From the NCBI GenBank assembly GCA_963662585.1, contig OY759729.1:1024001-1088000 (forward strand): a stretch of DNA of 64,000 nt, written 5' to 3'. Source of the DNA: Candidatus Cloacimonadales bacterium. Lineage in GTDB: Bacteria > Cloacimonadota > Cloacimonadia > Cloacimonadales > JAFGVF01. The notes below the pieces were generated by a model that was not told the origin of the DNA, ran no database searches, and worked only from the letters and a program-made list of their open reading frames with translations. A program made the translations under genes and the position numbers. Shown piece after piece: positions 10,642 through 20,971 of the stretch. Each line of letters begins with the position of its first letter. The first letter of the stretch is position 1.

Positions 10642-10666
10642 GAGGCTATTAAGCCTCTTTTTTTTT
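10642..10666 (+). terminator. Rho-independent terminator
   Basis: GAGGCT-atta-AGCCTC followed by a T9 run, just after the small ORF stop. Confidence 0.8.
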
Positions 10667-10669
10667 GCC

Positions 10670-12214
10670 TTAAAGTATGGGTGAAAACAGTCGAGCTATA
10701 CCAATTTTTAGTTTTGTAAAGAAACTAATTTGATCAATATCTGTTTTAGTGATTAATCTTGAGTATTCAATATCTTCAAAAAATTCTTTTTCCAGCTCTT
10801 GGGTAGTAGCGTTATCGTAGATAATACCATTAATTTCAAAATTCTGTACAAAAGATCTAATATCCATATTAGCAGTACCTATTGAGCAGACTTCCCCATC
10901 GATGAGCATAACTTTAGCATGAATAAATCCTCTTTGGTATTCATATATTTTTACACCTGCCTCCATTAACTCTTGATAGTAGGATCTTGTTCCCCAGAAA
11001 ACAACTAAATGATCGGCTTTACCAGGGACAATGATTCTAACATCTATTCCACTTAAGGCAGCAGTTACCAAAGCCATTGTTAAACTTTCATTAAGAATTA
11101 AATATGGTGAAGTGATATAGATTTTTTCTTGAGCATTAGTAATAGCAGAGAAATAAGCCTGCATTATACTTTCCCAGTTAGAATCAGGTCCGGAAGTAAC
11201 AATTTGCATAGGAAGTTTACTTTCGACATTTACTTCAGGATAGTGTACTTGTTGGAACAAATACTCTTTAGAGATAAAATACAAATCAGTCAAGAATACA
11301 GTTTGAAGAGCATACACAGAACCACCTTCTATTCTCATGTGAGTATCTCGCCAATAACCAAAATAAGAATCTCGACTAGCATATTTATCGCCAATATTTA
11401 ATCCACCTAGATAGCCAATTTTTCCATCAACAACTACTATTTTTCTATGATTACGATAATTAAACCTGCTATTAAAAAAAGGCAATCTTACTTTATTGAA
11501 GTAGTGGCATTCAATCCCTGCTTTAGTGAGCCTTTGGGCTAATGAGAATCTAAATTTCCAAGATCCCACATCATCTACGATAATTCGAATCTTGACTCCT
11601 TCTTTAGCTTTATTGATTAATATCTGACTTAGTTCTTTACCAAGATGATCATTGGCAAAAGCAAAATACTCTAAATGAATATGATGCTCTGCCCTACTGA
11701 TATCCTTGAACATGGCATCAAAGAGTTTAATACCATCAGGAAAAATCTTAATTTCATTATATTCACTTAGAAAGGCTTTGCTATTATTGTGCAAGAGGTG
11801 GGATATCTTATAACTTAGGGGTGATTTGAACAACTCCTTATTTTTGTAGCTATGGTTCAGGAATTTATACATTGATTTGAATTCTATTCTATCAACTAAT
11901 TCTTTATCAGAAAACATTTTCCGCTTACGAAAATTCCTACCTAATATTAAATAGAAGAAGATGCCTAAGATAGGAATAAACAAGAGTACTAAGAGCCAAG
12001 CAAATGTATGAGCGCTACTCTTTCTTTCTATAATAATAACCACAGTTATTGTGATTACAGAGATAGCAGAGAATATTGCCCAGATAGATGATATAGTTAA
12101 CAACTGGGGTTTCTCAAAAAAGAAAAGTATAACTATTAGAAGGATTATTGCTATTAAGGAAGAATAGACAAATATTTTTTTCCTGATATACTTTGGGTGC
12201 CTGATAGTTTTCAT
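10670..12214 (-). CDS. cls: Cardiolipin synthase
   Basis: N-terminal TM helices with AWLLVLLFIPILG; two PLD HKD motifs (NHRKIVVVDG, IHAKVMLIDG); WRDTH; SGPDS. Confidence 0.95.
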   Translation of the reverse strand: MKTIRHPKYIRKKIFVYSSLIAIILLIVILFFFEKPQLLTISSIWAIFSAISVITITVVIIIERKSSAHTFAWLLVLLFIPILGIFFYLILGRNFRKRKMFSDKELVDRIEFKSMYKFLNHSYKNKELFKSPLSYKISHLLHNNSKAFLSEYNEIKIFPDGIKLFDAMFKDISRAEHHIHLEYFAFANDHLGKELSQILINKAKEGVKIRIIVDDVGSWKFRFSLAQRLTKAGIECHYFNKVRLPFFNSRFNYRNHRKIVVVDGKIGYLGGLNIGDKYASRDSYFGYWRDTHMRIEGGSVYALQTVFLTDLYFISKEYLFQQVHYPEVNVESKLPMQIVTSGPDSNWESIMQAYFSAITNAQEKIYITSPYLILNESLTMALVTAALSGIDVRIIVPGKADHLVVFWGTRSYYQELMEAGVKIYEYQRGFIHAKVMLIDGEVCSIGTANMDIRSFVQNFEINGIIYDNATTQELEKEFFEDIEYSRLITKTDIDQISFFTKLKIGIARLFSPIL

Positions 12215-12221
12215 AGATTAT

Positions 12222-13028
12222 TTAGAGATATTTAAGATAGTCTCTTCCTTCAACTCCTGCATAAAGTTCAATATATTTTTTAACAGGACTTTTCAATATT
12301 TTTGGGAAAAGGACTTCTTCTATTTGGAAAAATCCCACAGAAGCTGTCATAGTTACTCTTATTTCGATTGGTTTAGTTTCCCCTTTATCGAATCGAACTT
12401 TTTTGATAGCATTAGCAGATGTTCTATGAATATCTCCAGGTTTAGGAGTCGAGGCTAAGAGAGTAGGTATTCTCGCTCTTCCATGTTCCATGTCTGCCCC
12501 ATCTGCAATTAAGACTAATCCAGCCTCTAAAGAGTGAATAGTCTGAGTACCCATGTGACCAAATATTCCTTCTACAGCGATAGATTGAACTGCCATTTTT
12601 GTTTTTATCTGTTCAGGACTATAGATTTGATCTAAGAATTTTCTAATATAGGGCATTGCTAATTCAACGCTCATCAACTCATGATTCTCTCTAGCTATCG
12701 ACATTCCAAAATCATGAAATAGTGAGGCCAGAATAACTCCGATAAGAGAGTCTTCCTTGTGTCCAGTCCCTTCTTTTTCTAAATTGAATTTAATTCCACT
12801 ATCTGAGAGAAGCTTGAACATTACCACAGCATTTAAGGTAGCTTTTCGCATGTGTACAGGACCATGGTCATTATATCCTAATCGTTTGATAGAAACATTA
12901 TTACAATAATCTTGAAGAGCTTGAATCTCCTCATTCTCAAAAATACTGTTTGTTATCTGCAAAGCCTTTCCATCTAACAAATTTCGTATTTTTTCTTCGA
13001 AATGAACTTGTTTTATTGATTTATTCAT
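12222..13028 (-). CDS. HD-domain metal-dependent phosphohydrolase
   Basis: YNDHGPVH, LFHDFG, GH and ADGAD motifs. It ends 7 bp upstream of cls, so the two are probably co-transcribed. Confidence 0.85.
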   Translation of the reverse strand: MNKSIKQVHFEEKIRNLLDGKALQITNSIFENEEIQALQDYCNNVSIKRLGYNDHGPVHMRKATLNAVVMFKLLSDSGIKFNLEKEGTGHKEDSLIGVILASLFHDFGMSIARENHELMSVELAMPYIRKFLDQIYSPEQIKTKMAVQSIAVEGIFGHMGTQTIHSLEAGLVLIADGADMEHGRARIPTLLASTPKPGDIHRTSANAIKKVRFDKGETKPIEIRVTMTASVGFFQIEEVLFPKILKSPVKKYIELYAGVEGRDYLKYL

Positions 13029-13125
13029 TATAACTCCTTTGCTTTAATATAATCAATTTATATTAAAAGAATAAATATTTTTACAAGTTTCGATTTTTAG
13101 AAGAAATAAGTCAACAAGAATCTTT

Positions 13126-16100
13126 CTATTTTATTATGCAGACCTTCTTTGTTTTTGATATTTTCTCATCATTATAACGCACAAAATAAACACCTGAGCT
13201 AACCATTTTGCCATTGTTATTAGTTAAATCCCAAGTAATTGAGCTAGTATCGCTTTTCATATTACTATTATTATAGTCTTTTACCTTCTGTCCTCTTAGA
13301 TTATAAATAGAGATTGAGAAATCACTTTTTCTCTCACTATTAATTCTTATTTCGGCTTGCTTAGAGATTGGGTTTGGGCTAATTTGAAATATTGAAAGAG
13401 CTTCAACATCATAATCACTATTATTAGTAATGGTCATAATAGTCAAATTAGCGTTATGAGTACCACTTTGATCAGTATTTGCAATAGTTAGATAGTTTTC
13501 GCTTAGTCTATAGACATCTCCCCCAAAGGATAAATCGATTGGATAATTATCATTATTATTATCATCTTTAATTCTTACTTGGACAGGCTCATTGAGGGTA
13601 TTAGTAAAGGCGATATTCCAGGAGTAGGAATCACCTTCATTAGGTTCTATAAGTTTGGTATGCATTTTTGGATAGTAATTACTTAGAGGTTCTTCAGAGA
13701 CTATATAAGCTTCTTTCAATCCATAAGTTGGTCTGACAGGTGCTTTGATTAAATCATAATTAAAATCTATTACAGGAACCATTCCTGCTTGAAGTCCTAC
13801 AGTTAGCTCGTCTTTGGCACCCGAAGCAGTTTTAAATTCTAAAGTAAAGAACAATTCAGGTTCTGTGAGATTGAAATCTTCACTATTATTAATAGGATCG
13901 AATAAAATGCTCATTAAATCGTTTGTTGTTTGATAAATTAAGGCACTCTCAAAAGCTTTAATAGTATTGATAGAAGTATAACCACCCTCTCTTACACCGA
14001 CAACTACTGGCAGAATATAGTTACTCTCAACAACATTCTTAAAACTTTTAATTACTCCATTTCTTTCAAAAAGAATGTCTTTTATCTGATAATCTATTGG
14101 ATGAGGATTATTTACTAAATTCCAACCTCTACTCATTTGATATGGTGAAGCTTGGAAAACAGGGCTACCATTGAAATTTAATTGATAATCATTTGTGATA
14201 TTCATAAAATAACCACTATTTCCGTTGAGATTAGCTGAATCAAAATAACCATCTTCACTTAGTTGGAATACTTCGATATTTCCAGCTAATAAATCTATAT
14301 CAAAAGATTCAGTAAAAGGATAAGAGAAAAGCTGATTGGAATCTTCAGCCATTAAACTTACAGAAGTAATTTCAGCAACTAGCACAACTTGGCTATTAGA
14401 TTTATAGTCAATTGATTCTCCATCAGTAGAATTTACTCTTACAAAATAATTTATCATTCGATAATCTTCAGTAACATTATTAGTAAAAGAGTAACTTGTT
14501 TGTTGAGGAGGTAAATTTTCGGCAACAAGAATAGAATCTTGATCATTCTTAAAATATATGTCAAAGCTCTCTACTAATTCAGGATAATCAGTTTGCCAAG
14601 CTAAGTCTATGGTATCTCCTTCATAAAAAATAGGAGTAGTTAATTCGGAAAAGACTATATTTGCCTGAAGGTTTCCCCAAATTAACTTTGCATTATAAGT
14701 AGCGTTTTCAGGGAAGCTTAGGTTTGCCTCTTGATTATTTAAGGAATAGAGTTGATCATTATAGGAAAGATAAAATCTTTCAGAACTTCTATCTGTATCC
14801 ACCAAAGAAAATGATAAATTTGTAGGTGGATTGTCGATGATTAAGTCTAAATAACGAACTTCTTCAGTAGGGTCAAATTCAGATATGATATTACGAGTAA
14901 ATTCTTGGTTATTATAACCAAGAGCTAAATATGTATTTGGAGCAGTATTAAGTTCATCGTAAGTAGTTTCATAACCATTAGTTGCATAATAGCTTTTTCC
15001 AAAAGTTACGCTATTATCCCAGTAGTTTCCTGTTGCTGTGAGATTAATATAATTGGCTAAAGAAGCATTCATAATCTGGGATATTTGAGAACTAACAGCT
15101 TGATTATTCATAACATTAACTCTATAGGAGTAAGTATGACCTATTTCTGTATTTTGGTCAATAAAACTATAGGCTTCAGTAGTTGAAGTATTTACTACTA
15201 AGTCACTATTAGTAGTGTAACTAGAGTATAGTTCTAATTCTGAATCATCTTGACTTCTATATATCTCAAAACCAGTACAATTTTGTTGTTGAAACATAGT
15301 CCATTGAAGTTCTATATTATTAGTATTAGCAAAGATATTAAATTCTGAAGTTGTAATAGGTAAGGTAGTATAAACTATTTCTTCAGATAAAGGAGAGACA
15401 TTGCCATTATAATCTACTGTTCTCATAGCGATATAATAGGTTTGGTTTAATTGAAGATTAGGAATAGCAGAATAATTTACTACTGGGAATGCTAATTTAT
15501 CTATTGATCCTCTATCTAAGGTTGAATATTGCCCTTGAGAAATTGGGTTTAAAGAGTAGACTATTTCATAGGAATAAAAATCATAACAAGGAGCAGGATC
15601 CCAAGCAATTACATTACCTGAGCTTCCATAATATCGTCTCAGATTCGTTGGTGCTTCAGGCACTTCATTATCATCAAAGTCCACCCAACTACTAATAGAG
15701 CTATCTAGAGCATCCATAAATGGTTGGTAGTATTGAGATAATTTATTATATTTCTGAGTTAAATTCCAAGAGTCAGAATAGCTATTATAACCATAAAAGT
15801 TTTTAAAAGATTCTTCAGTTTGGGAATAGCAGTTTGGTAATTCATCTAATTCTACATGGAAGAAAGGACTAAAGACATCCCATTCACTGAAATTACTGTT
15901 ACTATAATAATCATGATATGAGTTTGGATAACCAGGTAAATCAACATTATTACTTATTATTAATGTATCATTATAAACAGTATCAAAGTACATATTATGC
16001 ACACTATAATAGTCTCTAACAATTACTTCTTCATTATTTCCAATACTTCCTTCTGGAATTACTATATAGTCTGTGTTTTGAATCACATCTTGTCTTAGGG

Positions 16101-16962
16101 GAGAAAAATCTCTAATAGGTAAACCTGCAGGTCTTCTATATTGACCAGGAGAGATCTGACAACTTTCTCTATCAGGATGAGAATCCCAATCATAAGAATG
16201 AAACTGGACAGAAAGTTCTCTTCTATCGAAATCATCTCTGATTTTATCGCAAGCTTTTTTATAAAAATAATTAAAGGGATGAGTAAAATTTCTAGTAGGA
16301 TCACTTAAAGATTTATTATTACTGTAATTCCCATACTCATTCCACATAACTTCTCTACCTGAACCATTTATCATCAAATATTGGGCATTACTATCCAAGA
16401 AGCTATTTACAGCAAAATAGGGTGTAAGAAAATCATCATTAGGGTGGGGAGCTGAAACTAGTAAGGGCTCAGGATTGGTAGAACGATAGATAAATATACC
16501 CCAACCTAGATCAAAAGAACCAACCTCATCATCGTAAGAAGGGACAGTTCCATTATTATCGATGTAAGTTGTATTTAAGTTCTCTCTTAACATGTAGTAA
16601 ATATTTGTTTCATCTGTAAACTTAACTACTGAGTAAGGAAGGTTATTCTGAACAAAGACATTATGAGCCAGATTATATTGTCCAGCAAAGAAATAATCAA
16701 CAGCTTCTTCCCAAGCTTCTGTCTGTTCATCAGAAGGTAAGGTGAATTGGCCAAAGCCATCTGTCTGTCTATCATAAGGAGCATACATATTATAGCCTTC
16801 TGAAGCTATACCTTCCACAATATGTGATTCCCACTTGCTATAAGCACAATTTGGCTCAGCAGAGAAAAAGAAATTTTGTAAATTTGCACTCTCTTCAACA
16901 ATAGAGTTTAATTGGATAAAATATAGAAAAACAAGAAATATAAGAACTACTTTCTTCATCAT
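13126..16962 (-). CDS. Large secreted protein: putative N-terminal metallohydrolase-like domain, FN3 domains and T9SS/FlgD-Ig C-terminal domain
   Basis: Signal peptide; SAPHPNDD...QFHSY...HVELDE; PEAPTNL...VDYNGNVSPLS FN3; C-terminus ISPNP...IYNLRGQKVK...WDLTNNNGKMVSSGVYF. Confidence 0.78.
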   Translation of the reverse strand: MMKKVVLIFLVFLYFIQLNSIVEESANLQNFFFSAEPNCAYSKWESHIVEGIASEGYNMYAPYDRQTDGFGQFTLPSDEQTEAWEEAVDYFFAGQYNLAHNVFVQNNLPYSVVKFTDETNIYYMLRENLNTTYIDNNGTVPSYDDEVGSFDLGWGIFIYRSTNPEPLLVSAPHPNDDFLTPYFAVNSFLDSNAQYLMINGSGREVMWNEYGNYSNNKSLSDPTRNFTHPFNYFYKKACDKIRDDFDRRELSVQFHSYDWDSHPDRESCQISPGQYRRPAGLPIRDFSPLRQDVIQNTDYIVIPEGSIGNNEEVIVRDYYSVHNMYFDTVYNDTLIISNNVDLPGYPNSYHDYYSNSNFSEWDVFSPFFHVELDELPNCYSQTEESFKNFYGYNSYSDSWNLTQKYNKLSQYYQPFMDALDSSISSWVDFDDNEVPEAPTNLRRYYGSSGNVIAWDPAPCYDFYSYEIVYSLNPISQGQYSTLDRGSIDKLAFPVVNYSAIPNLQLNQTYYIAMRTVDYNGNVSPLSEEIVYTTLPITTSEFNIFANTNNIELQWTMFQQQNCTGFEIYRSQDDSELELYSSYTTNSDLVVNTSTTEAYSFIDQNTEIGHTYSYRVNVMNNQAVSSQISQIMNASLANYINLTATGNYWDNSVTFGKSYYATNGYETTYDELNTAPNTYLALGYNNQEFTRNIISEFDPTEEVRYLDLIIDNPPTNLSFSLVDTDRSSERFYLSYNDQLYSLNNQEANLSFPENATYNAKLIWGNLQANIVFSELTTPIFYEGDTIDLAWQTDYPELVESFDIYFKNDQDSILVAENLPPQQTSYSFTNNVTEDYRMINYFVRVNSTDGESIDYKSNSQVVLVAEITSVSLMAEDSNQLFSYPFTESFDIDLLAGNIEVFQLSEDGYFDSANLNGNSGYFMNITNDYQLNFNGSPVFQASPYQMSRGWNLVNNPHPIDYQIKDILFERNGVIKSFKNVVESNYILPVVVGVREGGYTSINTIKAFESALIYQTTNDLMSILFDPINNSEDFNLTEPELFFTLEFKTASGAKDELTVGLQAGMVPVIDFNYDLIKAPVRPTYGLKEAYIVSEEPLSNYYPKMHTKLIEPNEGDSYSWNIAFTNTLNEPVQVRIKDDNNNDNYPIDLSFGGDVYRLSENYLTIANTDQSGTHNANLTIMTITNNSDYDVEALSIFQISPNPISKQAEIRINSERKSDFSISIYNLRGQKVKDYNNSNMKSDTSSITWDLTNNNGKMVSSGVYFVRYNDEKISKTKKVCIIK

Positions 16963-17227
16963 TACTCCCTTAAAATGTACTTTCTCTTATCTTATGCAAT
17001 TTTGACTCCTTTTTTCCTACTAATATTATATCCTAATTACCTTTTAGTCAGAGATTAACATATAGGGTAAATATATAATTTATTTCTCGCGACAAATAGA
17101 AAAAAGCTAAGAAAACCTAAAATTAGCTAATATAATCATTTATTCTTAATAGTTAAGCAAGAGGGAAGTAGGGCGGGATGTTTGAACAGTCTAGTGGAGA
17201 AGAAAAACACTTTTCGATAAGTATATC

Positions 17228-17257
17228 TTGACACTAAGTTTATTTTGACTATATTAT
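17228..17257 (+). promoter_or_regulatory. Sigma70-type promoter
   Basis: TTGACA at 17228-17233, with TATATT (16-bp spacer) or TATTAT (18-bp spacer), upstream of the AGGAG RBS and ATG at 17281. Confidence 0.55.
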
Positions 17258-17280
17258 CACAAAAATCATAGGAGAAAAGT

Positions 17281-18741
17281 ATGCCTAAAGCAAAAGAGAA
17301 TAAAGAGACTAAACAGGCAAGATTAGAGCAAGTCCCTAATGCAGATAAAGCCCTAGATAAAGTTAACGAAGAGCTACTCTTCCACTCAAGAGACCATGCA
17401 GAATTTCATAATGCTTATACAATAGATTCAGTAACTAAAGGAATTAAATTCTTAAAAGTTGTTTATGGAGATAAGCTGCAACTTACAGAAGCAGACATTA
17501 ATATCAAAATGATAGACAGACTTAGAACTATTGGTAAGGATATCTACTTCTTTATCTCTTCACTTACTTCAGGTACTACACCTGAAATTTATATTAAGAG
17601 AAAATATGAATTTATCAGAAATCTAGCTAGTGATAAAGTGATTGGTAAAAACAATAAAGATATGTTTTACTTGGCTTGGAATGGCTTACTTACAAATGAT
17701 AGCTTCAAGAGATTACTTAGGCAGAAGTTTGGTTTGGAGAAATTCTGGGAAGATTTATGTCCCCAAAATATTCCTTCGCGAGGAACTGAATTAACTAGAT
17801 ATAGAACTAAATTTGTCTTAGCTATGGATATGGCAAGTAATGAAGATGGAAGTCGTCGTGTTGAAGGAAGACAATTAGATGATGGCTCTGGTTTATTAAT
17901 GAAAGAAAGAATCATCTGGCTACCTAATGGCAAGGCTATTCCTCTCTTCCCTAATGCTTATGTTCAACTCAACCAGACTCAAGTCATCTTAATTAGACAT
18001 GGAAAATCCATCCATGAATCAGGTGGAAGTAATCCTGAATTTGTGGGCTCAGGCTACTGGGATTCTTGGCATAATAATAGAAGAGTATCCTATTCTGTAG
18101 GAAATTCACTTAAAGAAGAAGGGGTTGCTACAGCTAAGAGCTTAGGATTGGATTTTAAAGTTGCTGTTGATACTCTACAAAATGAAGGCTATCGTTTCTG
18201 GGCTTATTCTAAAGAGAATCCGATTAGTGTTTTTGGCAGTGAGTCAGAAAACACCGAGCAAACTTCCCGTTATTTTCTCTCTGGGGCAGAATATACCAAT
18301 ATTAACTTCAAAGCAATTTATGGTTTAAATTCTCAGAAATATGGAGCTTTAACCCACAGATTTAAAAATGATATTTTCAAGGAAATAGTTGCTATATATG
18401 GTGATGAATGGGAAGGAAGTGATTCTGATAAACTTAAAAAAGCTAAAAGTATGCTTAAAAATAGATTCTATCACTATCCTGAAGGCGAAACTTTGATAGA
18501 AGCTGACTGGAGAATAGGTTATAGCTTTATCCAACTTCTAAAAGCTAATCAAGGAAAGCGAATCCTTCTCTGTGATCATTCAGGTGCAATTAGAGTTTTT
18601 GAAGCTATTATCAGAACCTTAGATTTTGCTGATTATAGTTCACTTAAAGAAGGGCAAGACTCAATTATGGCTCTTATCTACCAACCTGGAATGAATATTA
18701 GATATGATTATTTACAAAGAAAAGATTTTAAATTGAGATAG
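17281..18741 (+). CDS. Histidine phosphatase superfamily protein with an unknown N-terminal domain
   Basis: VILIRHGKS catalytic motif at about residue 240, YPEGET, and ILLCDHSGAIR second-His motif. Confidence 0.8.
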   Translation: MPKAKENKETKQARLEQVPNADKALDKVNEELLFHSRDHAEFHNAYTIDSVTKGIKFLKVVYGDKLQLTEADINIKMIDRLRTIGKDIYFFISSLTSGTTPEIYIKRKYEFIRNLASDKVIGKNNKDMFYLAWNGLLTNDSFKRLLRQKFGLEKFWEDLCPQNIPSRGTELTRYRTKFVLAMDMASNEDGSRRVEGRQLDDGSGLLMKERIIWLPNGKAIPLFPNAYVQLNQTQVILIRHGKSIHESGGSNPEFVGSGYWDSWHNNRRVSYSVGNSLKEEGVATAKSLGLDFKVAVDTLQNEGYRFWAYSKENPISVFGSESENTEQTSRYFLSGAEYTNINFKAIYGLNSQKYGALTHRFKNDIFKEIVAIYGDEWEGSDSDKLKKAKSMLKNRFYHYPEGETLIEADWRIGYSFIQLLKANQGKRILLCDHSGAIRVFEAIIRTLDFADYSSLKEGQDSIMALIYQPGMNIRYDYLQRKDFKLR

Positions 18742-18744
18742 TAT

Positions 18745-18918
18745 CTTTTAACCAGAATGGTGCAGTAGATCTTTACAGAAGAGTGCAGATTCTTTTAGAT
18801 AAAGCTTTTACAGAATTTATCAGCGAATAATATATATACTCTGAGAAATTATGTAAAATGCTTTAGCAAATGAATATAGTGCTATTCTAAAAGATCTACT
18901 GCATTATTGGGTTTAAAG
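18745..18918. repeat. ~174-bp imperfect long inverted repeat (MITE-like or structured RNA)
   Basis: Outer arms TGCAGTAGATCTTT and AAAGATCTACTGCA extend to ~30 bp. Inner arms TAAAGCTTTTACAGAATTT and AAATTATGTAAAATGCTTTA also pair. Confidence 0.75.
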
Positions 18919-18928
18919 TTATAGTTAT

Positions 18929-18975
18929 AAAAAAACACCCTATATCATCTTACAAGAAAAGATATAGGGTGTTTA
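18929..18975 (-). terminator. Terminator of dnaA, possibly bidirectional
   Basis: AAACACCCTATATC...GATATAGGGTGTTT 14-bp stem; the A-run on its left gives a U-tract on the minus strand. Confidence 0.8.
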
Positions 18976-18992
18976 AATTTTATTATTAATTA

Positions 18993-20327
18993 CTAATTCT
19001 TTAGTTCTTTAATTAGAGATTCTAGATCTACTCTTAAGTCATTATCTTTATTAAATTTATTTTCTATCATTCGTTTAGCATGCAATACAGTAGTATGGTC
19101 TTTACGATTGAAGTAGAGAGCAATTTCTTTTAAAGAAATCTGCGGGATTAACAAACAGATGAGATACATAGCAACTTGTCTTGGGAAAGAGATATTTTTA
19201 ACTCTAGTTTTATCCATTATTTGCTTGCGAGTAATGCTATAGAATTTGCACACTTTTTCTATTATCGTATCCATATTAATATCTTTAGGTTTATCAGTTA
19301 TCATATCACCTAAAATATCAAGTACCATACTTTTATTGATATCATAAGGATTAACTCTGTTATAGGAAGCATAAGCTAATATTCTAATTAAAGAACCCTC
19401 GAGTGCCCGAACTGAACTCTTTATTCCTTGAGCAATATATTCGATGATATCATCTTGTAGTTCAATATTTTGGTTATCTGCTTTTTTCTTTAAAATCGCT
19501 ACTCTTGTCTCAAAATCAGGATTTTTCAAATCAGCTAGTAATCCAGATTCAAAGCGGGTAACAAGTCTATTTTCCAAATCAGGAATATCTTTGGGTGGTC
19601 TGTCACTTGTAAGAATAATCTGTTTTTTAGAAGAAAGAAGAGCATTAAAAGTATGGAAGAATTCCTCTTGAGTCCCCTCTTTTTTTGCTAAGAAGTGAAT
19701 ATCATCAACTAAGAGAACATCGACATGACGAAATTTCTGACGGAAAGTAGTCATGCTATTTCCTCTAATAGATTCAATCATTTGATTGGTAAATTCTTCA
19801 GAACTTATATAGTAGATAGTTTTGTTTTTATCAATATCTAGCAGGTAGTGTCCCACGGCTTGCATAAGATGAGTTTTTCCCATCCCTGATTCACCATAAA
19901 TAAATAAGGGATTATAAGTTGAACCAGGTGCTTCAGCTACTGCCATAGCTGCAGAATAAGCAAAGTTATTATTTTTTCCTACCACAAATTGCTCAAAAGT
20001 GTAATATTCATTTAGAGGTGGTAAATCATAATTATCCCCTAAACCACTCTTCTTAGTCTTTTGAGTTGGCCTTTTCTTCAAAGAAGATTCATCATTAAAG
20101 AATTTTATTTCAAATTTTCTTTGATAAAGATTAAAAGCCAATTCAGAAATCATGTTCGCATAATTTTTATTTAGAAAATCAGATGCTACTTTTGTTGGGG
20201 TCATGACAAAAAGAGTTTCGTCTTCAAACTTGACCAGTTTTGTTTCACTAAACCAAGTAATAAAACTTTGTTCAGCTACATGTTCTTCTAATTCATCTAA
20301 TATATTTTGCCAAATGTCTTGATCCAT
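18993..20327 (-). CDS. dnaA: Chromosomal replication initiator DnaA
   Basis: YTFEQFVVGKNN, YNPLFIYGESGMGKTHL, LLVDDIHF, QEEFFHTFN, SDRPP, VRALEG, RQVAMYL, RKDHTTVLHA. Confidence 0.98.
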   Translation of the reverse strand: MDQDIWQNILDELEEHVAEQSFITWFSETKLVKFEDETLFVMTPTKVASDFLNKNYANMISELAFNLYQRKFEIKFFNDESSLKKRPTQKTKKSGLGDNYDLPPLNEYYTFEQFVVGKNNNFAYSAAMAVAEAPGSTYNPLFIYGESGMGKTHLMQAVGHYLLDIDKNKTIYYISSEEFTNQMIESIRGNSMTTFRQKFRHVDVLLVDDIHFLAKKEGTQEEFFHTFNALLSSKKQIILTSDRPPKDIPDLENRLVTRFESGLLADLKNPDFETRVAILKKKADNQNIELQDDIIEYIAQGIKSSVRALEGSLIRILAYASYNRVNPYDINKSMVLDILGDMITDKPKDINMDTIIEKVCKFYSITRKQIMDKTRVKNISFPRQVAMYLICLLIPQISLKEIALYFNRKDHTTVLHAKRMIENKFNKDNDLRVDLESLIKELKN

Positions 20328-20366
20328 AGCTACCTTTTTTGTTTAAAAATAATTATTTATATTTAC

Positions 20367-20780
20367 TTATCCACTTGATGTGGATAAGTATTTTTTAAGC
20401 ACAAATCCCCTTTATAATAGTGTTTAATCGGTTTTTAGTAAAATTGCTTAGATCTTATCCACAATTTATCCACATTCAGGATATTTTTTAAAAACTTTCC
20501 AACTCCAATTAATCATTCTCACAAGGTAAGGTTTAAATTATTCTAAGGATTTATCTTGTCAAGTAACTAAATTTTTACTTATAATAGCCTAAATTTTATA
20601 ACTTAAGAATATATAATAATTTAAAAAGATGCTAATCGTAAATAAAGCTAGGAAAGCTTATTATATAATTGTTTGCTATATAGATAGTTAAGAATTTGTG
20701 TTTTATTTTTAAATTCTTCTTAAAAATTAGCAAATACTTAAAATATTTTTTCTGTGAAAATAGTATTTTTCTCTAGATTT
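20367..20780. promoter_or_regulatory. DnaA-box cluster and AT-rich tract: candidate oriC and/or dnaA autoregulatory region
   Basis: TTATCCACT 20367-75, TGTGGATAA 20379-87, TTATCCACA 20455-63 and 20466-74. Minus-strand TTGACA at 20557-62. Very AT-rich 20560-20780. Confidence 0.75.
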
Positions 20781-20790
20781 TTTACTATCA

Positions 20791-20892
20791 TTCCCTTCTC
20801 CTCCACCACTCCTTATCTGAATACTCAAATATTTTTCGAATTTTACTTGAAATGACAGTTACAGAGCATTAAGAGAGAGGCATAAGACCAAG
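20791..20892 (-). repeat. Degenerate hairpin element, copy C (more diverged, with insertion)
   Basis: The reverse complement starts CTTGGTC and contains TCGAAAAATATTTGA...GAGTGGTGGAGGAGAAGGGAA, resembling copies A and B. Confidence 0.4.
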
Positions 20893-20971
20893 AAGAACTT
20901 GAGCAATTAGCTAAACTAAGTACCAATAAATGTGGAAAAAATTCAACACTTTTATTGAAATTAAGAATCCT

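Noticed and set aside
16963..17220. Fourth copy of the ~93-bp hairpin family
   Set aside because: Pyrimidine- and purine-rich tracts are present, but the CTTGGTC and AATATTATTTGA anchors are missing.
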